This document shows, one piece after another, positions 1 to 7,002 of a DNA stretch of 64,000 nt. The notes beneath the pieces were generated by a model. The model saw only the letters and a program-made list of their open reading frames with translations, was not told the origin of the DNA and did not search any database. The position numbers were made by a program, and so were the translations under genes. The first letter of the stretch is position 1; each line of letters opens with the position of its first letter. This stretch comes from a virus. Lineage: Duplodnaviria > Heunggongvirae > Uroviricota > Caudoviricetes. The stretch lies in the IMG/VR virus record IMGVR_UViG_3300027759_003944; one strand, given 5' to 3'.

Positions 1-186
1 GATCGTGCGGATGGCTACGATGTGATCCAAGATGGTTTCTGGACTATCTCAACAGATCGTGGCTACATAGACTTGGAAGTGCGCAACAGTCACAACGGCT
101 ACTATGGTGGCAGTGTGGTGTATGATGAAGAGTTCAAGTCTCTTAGCACCATCGAAGATTTGACAGCAGTGACAGAAGATTTTTAA
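1..186 (+). CDS. 3' end of an upstream gene (partial, 61 codons in frame 1 ending TAA 184-186)
   Basis: Open frame from window edge with no stops, ends DRADGYDV...TEDF*; no start in window. Confidence 0.4.
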   Translation, partial: DRADGYDVIQDGFWTISTDRGYIDLEVRNSHNGYYGGSVVYDEEFKSLSTIEDLTAVTEDF

Positions 187-263
187 CGGAATATGGCGCA
201 GTCTGGCAGCGCACTTGCATGGGGTGCAAGGGGTCGCAAGTTCGAATCTTGCTATTCCGACCA
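187..263 (+). tRNA. tRNA-Pro (anticodon GGG)
   Basis: Cloverleaf folded by hand: 7-bp acceptor CGGAATA/TATTCCG, D-stem GCGC/GCGC, anticodon stem CTTGC/GCAAG with loop AUGGGGU (G37 typical of Pro), T-arm GCAAG-TTCGAAT-CTTGC, discriminator A, encoded CCA; close to bacterial tRNA-Pro. Confidence 0.7.
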
Positions 264-288
264 ACAATAAATAACCTTGAAAGTGTAT

Positions 289-759
289 ATGAAAAAACTT
301 GATATAGAACAAGTGGCAGAATTTATCCGGGCTCAGTCTCCGGAAACCAAGATCTACCTGGGGTGTGATAGTGAACGCCTGCGCATTGACGGTGCTTGGC
401 ATGCTGACTATGTGTTGGCCATTGTGGTTCACATCAACGGCAACAACGGTTGCAAGATCTTTGGTGAAGTTCATCGCGAACGTGTGTGGGATCAAAAGGT
501 GTCAAAGCCGTCCATGCGGCTCATGACTGAAGTTTACAAAGTTTCAGAACTGTATTTGAAACTAGCAGAAGTGTTGGAAGGCCGTGATGTTGAAGTTCAC
601 CTGGACATCAACCCTGACGAAATGCACGGATCTAGTTGTGTTGTAAGTCAAGCCATAGGCTACATCAAAGGCACATGCAACGTGATTCCTTTTGTGAAGC
701 CACATGCGTTTGCCGCAAGTTATGCTGCCGACAGATTCAAAGGTCTGCGAGCGGCTTAA
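289..759 (+). CDS. hypothetical protein (possibly RNase H-like DUF458/YkuK-type; first ATG at 289, TTG at 277)
   Basis: 156-aa ORF between two tRNAs; clean frame; family assignment is a weak recollection only. Confidence 0.55.
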   Translation: MKKLDIEQVAEFIRAQSPETKIYLGCDSERLRIDGAWHADYVLAIVVHINGNNGCKIFGEVHRERVWDQKVSKPSMRLMTEVYKVSELYLKLAEVLEGRDVEVHLDINPDEMHGSSCVVSQAIGYIKGTCNVIPFVKPHAFAASYAADRFKGLRAA

Positions 760-850
760 AGAAAATGCTGGCACATATGGGCTATAACCAAGTGCAGAGC
801 CGCAGTGATAACGACATGTGGCACACCGGGCGTGAATCCCGGCTCAATTT

Positions 851-925
851 GCGGGTGTGGTGCTAGTGGTAACACATATCCTTGCCAAGGACAAGTTACG
901 GGTTCGATTCCCGTCACCCGCTCCA
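851..925 (+). tRNA. tRNA-Gly (anticodon GCC)
   Basis: Acceptor GCGGGTG/CACCCGC, anticodon loop UUGCCAA, T-arm ACGGG-TTCGATT-CCCGT, discriminator T, CCA encoded; one A-C mismatch in anticodon stem. Confidence 0.65.
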
Positions 926-932
926 ATCTTTT

Positions 933-1007
933 GCTGATGTGGCTCAGTGGTAGCGCACTCCCTTGGTAAGGGAGAGGTCATGGGTTCGATCCCCATCTTC
1001 AGCACCA
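933..1007 (+). tRNA. tRNA-Thr (anticodon GGT)
   Basis: Near-identical in layout to E. coli tRNA-Thr(GGU): GCTGATGTGGCTCAGTGGTAGCGCACTCCCTTGGTAAGGGAG...TTCGATC...CAGCACCA; anticodon loop UUGGUAA. Confidence 0.8.
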
Positions 1008-1008
1008 G

Positions 1009-1710
1009 TTATTTCACGGTGGCCAACTGCAAGGCACTGAGCAAGCGAATGTACATGTATCCAATATCAAACTCCCACCAGCGTCTGCTGAGTTGAGCAC
1101 TGGCAGGATCAAGGTGATGATTGTTGTGTAGTTCTTCGCCGCCGATCACAATGCCCCAAGGCACGATATTACGGCTACGATCCTTTGTTTCTCCATTGCG
1201 ATACCCCCACCAGTGTCCAACACCATTTATCACACCAGCGGCCCAGAATGGAATCCATAACATTTGTATGCCCCATATTATGGCGCCAACCCAACCAAAG
1301 ACGATGATGTTGAACAAAAAGAGAATGCCAATGCCAAGTCTGGAGTGACTACTGTATAAGTTGTGCTCAATCCAATCAGCAGGAGTACCAACACCGTATG
1401 TATCAACCATGACTTTATCTTTTGATGCTTCATGATATAGCATTGCTCCTTTGAAAAAAACTCTTTTGATTCCATACACATGCGGGCTGTGTGGGTCACC
1501 TTCTATATCACTGAATCTGTGATGCTTGCGATGCACAGCCACCCATTGTTTTGTGACCATGCCAGTTGTGAGCCACAGCCAGAATCTAAAGAAATGTGCC
1601 ACCGCAGGATGAAACTGTACGCTTCTGTGTGCTTGGCTTCTGTGCAGGAACAGTGTAACAGCAACAATGGTAATATGTGTTGCAATCAGTGTGTATAATA
1701 GTTCAGTCAT
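1009..1710 (-). CDS. membrane fatty-acid desaturase family protein (acyl-lipid/acyl-CoA desaturase-like)
   Basis: Histidine boxes HRSVQFH, HRKHHRFSD(x)EGDPHSP and C-terminal HNNHH; several hydrophobic TM segments. Confidence 0.7.
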   Translation of the reverse strand: MTELLYTLIATHITIVAVTLFLHRSQAHRSVQFHPAVAHFFRFWLWLTTGMVTKQWVAVHRKHHRFSDIEGDPHSPHVYGIKRVFFKGAMLYHEASKDKVMVDTYGVGTPADWIEHNLYSSHSRLGIGILFLFNIIVFGWVGAIIWGIQMLWIPFWAAGVINGVGHWWGYRNGETKDRSRNIVPWGIVIGGEELHNNHHLDPASAQLSRRWWEFDIGYMYIRLLSALQLATVK

Positions 1711-1728
1711 ACGTTACTTAGCAAACAC

Positions 1729-1803
1729 CGGCCCTTGGTGAAATGGATATCATGCTTGTCTTCGAAACAAGCGGTGGCGGTTCGATCCCGTCAGGGCCGG
1801 CCA
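1729..1803 (+). tRNA. tRNA-Arg (anticodon TCG)
   Basis: Acceptor CGGCCCT/AGGGCCG, D-arm GTGA-AATGGATA-TCAT, anticodon stem CTTGT/ACAAG loop CUUCGAA, T-arm GGCGG-TTCGATC-CCGTC (one G-U), discriminator G, CCA encoded. Confidence 0.7.
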
Positions 1804-3032
1804 TCTAATACTACAGGCTTGCTGGAAAAAGTCTTGTAGTTTAGCACTGTGTAGCGATCATACAGTGTTCGATCAACCCACGGAGTTAGTCCACCGTTGG
1901 TAATGTCTCCAATAGAGAGAGATGTTTCACCAATGCGATGCGCAACTTCATTCAGCACCTCGCCCAACACAGCGCGAACATGAGGGTGCTTCTCTTCCAA
2001 CACACGCAATACCGGCAGTTCAAACTGCATGAAAAATCCATAGTCTACTTGTTTGTCTGCTTGCCAGGCACCAACATCAAATCCTGGATACAAATGTTGC
2101 CGCATGGTATCTTGCACATATCTGCTGAACTTTAGTTCAGCACGATCATTTTCCGTAGTTGTGATATTGTGTGCTCGTGCTATCACAGGATCTTGTTGGC
2201 ACAAATCAATCAGTTCGTACCAACCACGTATGGCCAATTCAGGCAGGTCTGGAGTCCAATAAAACGGTTCCCAAATCACATTGTCTGGAAAGCCGTTGCT
2301 TCGGGTGCAGTAGGTGTAGTTACGTATCAGGCCTTCGGGAAAGAAGCCTTGATATGTGTTGCCATTTTGCATGATACAAGGTTTGTCTAGTCCCAACATC
2401 AGCGCGGCACGACGATTGCCTATACGCCTTTGCAGTTGTTCATTGGTGGCTACACTGAGCCAACGTCCAAAGAACACACCAGGCTTGGGTCTGCTATCCT
2501 TGAATACTTGCTCTGCATCTTTATAGGACTCAGCCACACGATCCAACCATTCAATCCGGATCACACCTGTGCCCGGATGCTCGTGGGCATAGCGTTCAGC
2601 ATAGGGCACAGCATGGTACTTGATCTCGCCATACCAGTTGTCAGGATTTAGATTATTGAATGGTGTTGAATTTTCCAACTCCTGTGTGGTAAACACAATG
2701 ATGTCATCTATGCGCAGGCCTTGTGCTGAAAAACTCTCAATGATGTTTCGACTGTCCCAACCTCCACTGAACATCACAGCCACGTAGTCATACTGTTCAC
2801 GTATTTGTCTTGCTCTAGCATAGTACAGTTCTTTAAGGCTTTGGTTACGCCAATGTCCTGCTGAATGTGCTGATGCCCATACGTCATCATAGTAATGCCA
2901 AAACACAGGTTGACCAGTGCAATGCCCTGCTTCTAGCGCATCACGATTTGAATAGAACCAACTGTCGCCCACAGTGTAGTGCCCCAGTGGACTGTACAAC
3001 ACTTCGCCCACTGAATCTGGAACATATATCAT
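1791..3032 (-). CDS. PP-loop superfamily ATP pyrophosphatase (N-type ATPase/PAPS-reductase-like)
   Basis: VAVMFSGGWDSRNII matches the SGGxDS PP-loop; start set at ATG 3032 (M19 of the track ORF), which overlaps the upstream gene's TGA as ATGA. Confidence 0.6.
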   Translation of the reverse strand: MIYVPDSVGEVLYSPLGHYTVGDSWFYSNRDALEAGHCTGQPVFWHYYDDVWASAHSAGHWRNQSLKELYYARARQIREQYDYVAVMFSGGWDSRNIIESFSAQGLRIDDIIVFTTQELENSTPFNNLNPDNWYGEIKYHAVPYAERYAHEHPGTGVIRIEWLDRVAESYKDAEQVFKDSRPKPGVFFGRWLSVATNEQLQRRIGNRRAALMLGLDKPCIMQNGNTYQGFFPEGLIRNYTYCTRSNGFPDNVIWEPFYWTPDLPELAIRGWYELIDLCQQDPVIARAHNITTTENDRAELKFSRYVQDTMRQHLYPGFDVGAWQADKQVDYGFFMQFELPVLRVLEEKHPHVRAVLGEVLNEVAHRIGETSLSIGDITNGGLTPWVDRTLYDRYTVLNYKTFSSKPVVLDGRP

Positions 3033-3934
3033 GCTAACAAAAACTTCTGAATACGATCTACTGCGTCTTGATATCCATGTTCCCAAAGTGAGAAGTGTGT
3101 GACACCGGGTATGGTATATGTTTGTATGTCAGCCATGTCAAAGTATCCACATGCGCGATCAAACCAATCTTGCGGAACATCTACATCATGTTCGCCACGA
3201 GTGAACAAAATTGGCACCCCAGTCAATGCGGCTGTATCAAAGCCATGATTGTCATGCAACAACGGCCAGTTGATTCTGTCCAACCACCATGTTCTAGGTG
3301 CTGTCCACGAATCCAAATTGTAAGAAGTATATCCTTGAGTGAGTCGTTGCATTTCCTTGTACCAAGAATCCACACGCTGTGACTCGCCTATTTGGGTATC
3401 ACTGATCTTGCAAAGTTGTTGTTCAATCAGCAATTCCAAACTGGTGCTCCAGTAGCCAGACTCTGTGGCTGTGCGTTGCCACAGTCGTATCCGGGCAGGA
3501 TTCTGTTGGCACCATGCTGTGTCAAACACAGTGGGACTCATTACCACCGCACGATTGACCAACCCTTGTGCTGCTAGTACCAAGGGTACCACAGTGGTAT
3601 TGCAAAAACCCAAACAAGCAATGTCATTGTACTGTGGCATGGTTTCAATTACTGCGCCAATCTGTTCAGCAAAGTAAATTCTACTGTAGCTAGGGCGTGA
3701 TATACCAGTGCTGTTGCCAAAACCCAGTGCATCTACCATGTATACATCCACACCCGATTGCGCCAGTTGTTCAGCATGTGTGACACCTGTGCCTGGATCA
3801 AAATGCCAAAAGTTTCTGGCACTCATTGAACGTCCAGGCAGTATTATCACTGCACAGCGATTGCCCGGCACAGTAACTGGGTGAACATAGATATTGCCCG
3901 ATTCAAATGGTACGTAGTAGTATGGAGTAAGCAT
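3029..3934 (-). CDS. putative alpha/beta-hydrolase fold protein
   Basis: 301-aa ORF; GFGNS and LGFCNTT elbow-like motifs; weak similarity judged by eye. Confidence 0.4.
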   Translation of the reverse strand: MLTPYYYVPFESGNIYVHPVTVPGNRCAVIILPGRSMSARNFWHFDPGTGVTHAEQLAQSGVDVYMVDALGFGNSTGISRPSYSRIYFAEQIGAVIETMPQYNDIACLGFCNTTVVPLVLAAQGLVNRAVVMSPTVFDTAWCQQNPARIRLWQRTATESGYWSTSLELLIEQQLCKISDTQIGESQRVDSWYKEMQRLTQGYTSYNLDSWTAPRTWWLDRINWPLLHDNHGFDTAALTGVPILFTRGEHDVDVPQDWFDRACGYFDMADIQTYTIPGVTHFSLWEHGYQDAVDRIQKFLLA

Positions 3935-4772
3935 CCTGTGTCCAGGCCTGTTCGACTAGTTGTTTTAGTTTGACTTGTTGATCACTTGGCACAAATATTT
4001 GCGATTCAAACTTGGTCACAGACACAATGTCTCCAGCAGTGCTGGTAATAAACATGTCTGCGGCTGCTTCTAATTTGTGCTGATCAATGTTGCAATATTT
4101 ATATGCGATGTCGTTGGCCCGGCACAACTTGACCACTGTGGCCATGGTGACACCACCCAGCACATTGTGTTGAGGAATGTGTATAACATCATCTATCACC
4201 ACTGCTACATTGAAGCCAGGACCTTCGGTCAGGTGTCCGTTGTGATCTAACAGCACAGCACTGTCATAGCCGCGATCCAGGGCTTGCCATTGTGCCTGTG
4301 TCAGATCCGGCCAGGCCCAATTTTTATAGCGTTGATTGATGCTGGCATCAGGCACTCTGGGCACAGTGCTCAAGCACAGCGTAGCAGTATTGGCAGCGTT
4401 AAATCCATAATATGGTTTTGCATAGGCCATGACTTGTGTGCCACAACGGGCCAGATCTCTGGGATTGCCTGAGTCGGGTATGCCCCGTGTGACTGCGAAC
4501 CAAACAAACGCTGAGTCTAGTCCACTGCGATGCACCAGTTCTGCCACAACAGTTTTCAAGTGTTCTGGTGTGTAAGGCATGGGCAAGCGCCAGCCGCGAC
4601 AACTCTCAATCAATCGATCTATGTGTGCATCCAGTTCTAGTGCTCGGCCTTTTCGAACCGCCAGCACATCATAGGTGGCATCTGAATGTATCACACCCAA
4701 GTCCAGTATGCTCAAAGAAAGGTCAGCAATGCCACAATAAGTGCCGTTACGCCAGGCAGGAAAATTATTCAT
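3903..4772 (-). CDS. class IV aminotransferase (branched-chain/D-amino-acid aminotransferase or 4-amino-4-deoxychorismate lyase-like)
   Basis: Motif HNGHLTEGPGFNVAVVIDDVIHIP fits the class IV E-x-s-x-N-x-F consensus; length about 290 aa; ATG 4772 (GTG 4775 alternative) sits directly after a TATAAT. Confidence 0.7.
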   Translation of the reverse strand: MNNFPAWRNGTYCGIADLSLSILDLGVIHSDATYDVLAVRKGRALELDAHIDRLIESCRGWRLPMPYTPEHLKTVVAELVHRSGLDSAFVWFAVTRGIPDSGNPRDLARCGTQVMAYAKPYYGFNAANTATLCLSTVPRVPDASINQRYKNWAWPDLTQAQWQALDRGYDSAVLLDHNGHLTEGPGFNVAVVIDDVIHIPQHNVLGGVTMATVVKLCRANDIAYKYCNIDQHKLEAAADMFITSTAGDIVSVTKFESQIFVPSDQQVKLKQLVEQAWTQDAYSILLRTI

Positions 4773-4853
4773 CACACATTATATAACAAATTTTGGTAAA
4801 ACACAATAGAAAATGTCAAAGTCAAGCATTAAAAAATACAATGGTATAATCCC

Positions 4854-4883
4854 TTGACCTGTGGCATAGCAATGCTATATACT
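4854..4883 (+). promoter_or_regulatory. sigma70-like promoter (TTGACC-N16/18-TATATACT) upstream of rubrerythrin gene
   Basis: TTGACC at 4854-4859, TATACT at 4878-4883, then RBS ATAGGAG and ATG 4910. Confidence 0.5.
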
Positions 4884-4909
4884 AGTACTTTCACTAATAG
4901 GAGTATTGT

Positions 4910-5371
4910 ATGAGTATCACAATTAAAAATCTTGAAGAGGCCTTGGCCGGAGAGAGTCAAGCACACATCAAATATCGTTATTTTGCACGTATCGCCAGAG
5001 CCGAAGGCCACGAAGAAGTGGCTCGTCACTTTGAGCAAACAGCAGACCAAGAACTACAACATGCCTGGGGTCATTTGGAATTGCTGATTGGCAAGCCTTC
5101 AACTAAAGAATGTTTGCAAATGGCCATTGACGGCGAAACATACGAATTCACCACAATGTATCCTACATTTAAAGAACAAGCCGCACAAGAAGGTCACACA
5201 GCAGTCCAAGAGTTTCAAGAACAAATTGAAGAATCAATTGAACACGCTGAAGAATTCAAAGCAGTATTGGCCAAAGCAGAACTTCGTTTTGCCGCGTTAG
5301 CCAAGATTGAAAAGCGGCATGCAGAAGCATATCAATCCAAATTGGATTCAATCACCTTTCCAGTAATTTAA
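4910..5371 (+). CDS. rubrerythrin/ferritin-like diiron protein
   Basis: ExxH pairs (EAHIKYRYF..., EGHEEVARHFEQTADQELQHA) typical of the rubrerythrin four-helix bundle; no C-terminal rubredoxin domain in this ORF. Confidence 0.65.
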   Translation: MSITIKNLEEALAGESQAHIKYRYFARIARAEGHEEVARHFEQTADQELQHAWGHLELLIGKPSTKECLQMAIDGETYEFTTMYPTFKEQAAQEGHTAVQEFQEQIEESIEHAEEFKAVLAKAELRFAALAKIEKRHAEAYQSKLDSITFPVI

Positions 5372-5384
5372 TAGGAGAACAAAA

Positions 5385-5515
5385 TGGAACATGTTTGTAT
5401 AGTATGTGGTCATGTACATGACGAAGCCACCGAAGGCGTTTGGGATGAACTTCCCGAAACATTTCTCTGTCCCGAATGTGGTTGTGGCAAAGAAGAATAC
5501 ATCGACGTAGCGTAA
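5385..5515 (+). CDS. rubredoxin-like small protein (43 aa)
   Basis: MEHVCIVCGHV...FLCPECGCGKEEY: CxxCG...CPxCG rubredoxin knuckles; RBS AGGAGAA 8 nt upstream; not in ORF track because it is under 60 aa. Confidence 0.7.
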
Positions 5516-5628
5516 ACACTTAGTGCATTTCACGACGGCAAAATCATGATCGCCAGGATATGATTCAGGTGGATTGTGTTGTATAATGGTCATACATACA
5601 ACAGTATGTTTAACCAAAGGAGACTACT

Positions 5629-5703
5629 ATGAAATGGACTACACCATCAGCAAGCGACATGCGTTTCGGATTTGAAATTACCATGTACATTGCAAATCGT
5701 TAA
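5629..5703 (+). CDS. small ORF (24 aa, MKWTTPSASDMRFGFEITMYIANR) with strong RBS
   Basis: AAGGAG 7 nt upstream of ATG; ends at the terminator hairpin; coding status uncertain. Confidence 0.3.
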   Translation: MKWTTPSASDMRFGFEITMYIANR

Positions 5704-5706
5704 ACA

Positions 5707-5728
5707 AAAGGGCCGAAAGGCCCTTTTC
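5707..5728 (+). terminator. rho-independent terminator
   Basis: AAAGGGCC-GAAA-GGCCCTTTTCTC hairpin plus T-tract. Confidence 0.7.
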
Positions 5729-5730
5729 TC

Positions 5731-5759
5731 TTGACACACAATGGATTCTTTGTTATACT
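5731..5759 (+). promoter_or_regulatory. consensus sigma70 promoter TTGACA-N17-TATACT
   Basis: TTGACA 5731-5736, 17-nt spacer, TATACT 5754-5759, immediately after the terminator. Confidence 0.65.
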
Positions 5760-5784
5760 GTACACCAAGGATGTAAATAACAGT

Positions 5785-5952
5785 ATGACTGAACCTAAAA
5801 AATTTACCGATGCGTTGAAAGACGCCCTGGCCAAAAAACATGCGGCCCAACATCCTGATGCCAAAAAAGGCAAGAATGGAAAAACCAAACCATCTGGCAC
5901 TCCTGTAATTGGGGGTAGACCTGTGCAACGCACAGTGGGACGCGGCGGATGA
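5785..5952 (+). CDS. hypothetical Lys/Ala-rich small protein (55 aa)
   Basis: ATG 5785 inside track ORF 5731-5952; ATGA overlap with next gene. Confidence 0.4.
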   Translation: MTEPKKFTDALKDALAKKHAAQHPDAKKGKNGKTKPSGTPVIGGRPVQRTVGRGG

Positions 5953-6239
5953 GCAACGAACAAGCCCGATTTATCAATTCACGACGACGTCACAAAAATG
6001 ATGTTGCTGTGGCCAGACAAGTCAAGATTGCCCGGGCAGCCGGTACACCTGTTGATGCCGCACACCGGTTTGTCAAACGTCATGCCCTGGACTGTGGCAA
6101 CCCTCGATGTTTCTTGTGTGGCAATCCGCGCAAGACACACAAGGATCGATTGACCCAGCAAGAAAAACGCCTGTTTCAAGACCTAGATCGCACAACAGAC
6201 AAGCATTCAAACGGATTATCAACCAAGGAAGAACCATGA
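5949..6239 (+). CDS. hypothetical basic protein with CxxxxC...CxxC motif (possible zinc ribbon/DNA-binding)
   Basis: CGNPRCFLCGNPRK; highly basic N-terminus; ATGA overlap with downstream omega-like gene. Confidence 0.45.
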   Translation: MSNEQARFINSRRRHKNDVAVARQVKIARAAGTPVDAAHRFVKRHALDCGNPRCFLCGNPRKTHKDRLTQQEKRLFQDLDRTTDKHSNGLSTKEEP

Positions 6240-6502
6240 AGCACCCAGCAGATAGAACAGCAGGCCTCAACTCAGAACTAGCAGTGGAAATGATTGGCAA
6301 CCGATACAATTTGATCCTAGCCGGTGCTCGCCGCATGAGAGAACTCAGTCGTGGTGACTTGCCTAAAATCACTCTCAAGTTTCCACATAGCCCCGGCGTG
6401 ACAGCCATGTTGGAAATCGAAGCAGGCAAGATTGGCAAAGACTACATCTATCGTGAAACTGAAGTTCAACCTCGACGCCGCAACAAACAACAACCCTTGT
6501 AA
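6236..6502 (+). CDS. RNA polymerase omega-subunit (RpoZ/Rpb6-fold) homologue, 88 aa
   Basis: EMIGNRYNLILAGARRMRELSRG...VTAMLEIEAGKI aligns with the E. coli RpoZ core [24 protein letters not shown]...VIALREIEEGLI; RBS AAGGAAG upstream. Confidence 0.65.
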   Translation: MKHPADRTAGLNSELAVEMIGNRYNLILAGARRMRELSRGDLPKITLKFPHSPGVTAMLEIEAGKIGKDYIYRETEVQPRRRNKQQPL

Positions 6503-6504
6503 TT

Positions 6505-6978
6505 GTGGAAGAAAGCAACAGCGCCAAGGGACGTGACAGTTTTGATGTAGAAACTGGCAACACCTTGGTGCATTTCTTCAACCGCAATATCACACCCTAT
6601 GCCACCAGCACCTTAGGTCCCAAGTTTGATCTAGTACCAGTCACACAGCAAAAAGATCTCATGATCAACCATGCCAGGATGTATGCCCAGCAAGAGTATG
6701 ACAGAATCATGGAACTGGTCACAGTGTTGCAAAAACAAGCAGACGACATCAAGCGCAGATTGGACGTCACAAATCTAGTGCATGCGGCCGTGTACCAATT
6801 CAGTCCTGTGATGGGCAATACATATTGGTTGGCATGGGACCGACGCCGGCAACATACCTTGTTGACACCGCATGGTCCCAATGATTGGAGTTCCTCAGCA
6901 CCCGAGGATTACGAGTACCAAGCACAGGTCCGGTACATGGGCGATCATACCTGGCAAGAAGTTGCAATAGATTTTTAG
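6505..6978 (+). CDS. hypothetical protein (GTG start at 6505 per track; true start uncertain)
   Basis: 157-aa open frame following omega-like gene. Confidence 0.4.
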   Translation: MEESNSAKGRDSFDVETGNTLVHFFNRNITPYATSTLGPKFDLVPVTQQKDLMINHARMYAQQEYDRIMELVTVLQKQADDIKRRLDVTNLVHAAVYQFSPVMGNTYWLAWDRRRQHTLLTPHGPNDWSSSAPEDYEYQAQVRYMGDHTWQEVAIDF

Positions 6979-7002
6979 AGATCATGCCCAAATAAATAAA
7001 GA

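Noticed and set aside
49-495. 148-aa minus-strand ORF
   Set aside because: Overlaps tRNA-Pro and the plus-strand gene 289-759 and the upstream gene tail; composition looks like an antisense artefact.
770-850. Possible fifth tRNA between the hypothetical gene and tRNA-Gly
   Set aside because: A T-arm-like hairpin exists, but I could not find a complementary acceptor stem or sensible anticodon arm; left as an unexplained hairpin or possible terminator.
636-866. 76-aa plus-strand ORF (Cys/Arg-rich)
   Set aside because: Out of frame within gene 289-759 and runs across tRNA-Gly; implausible.
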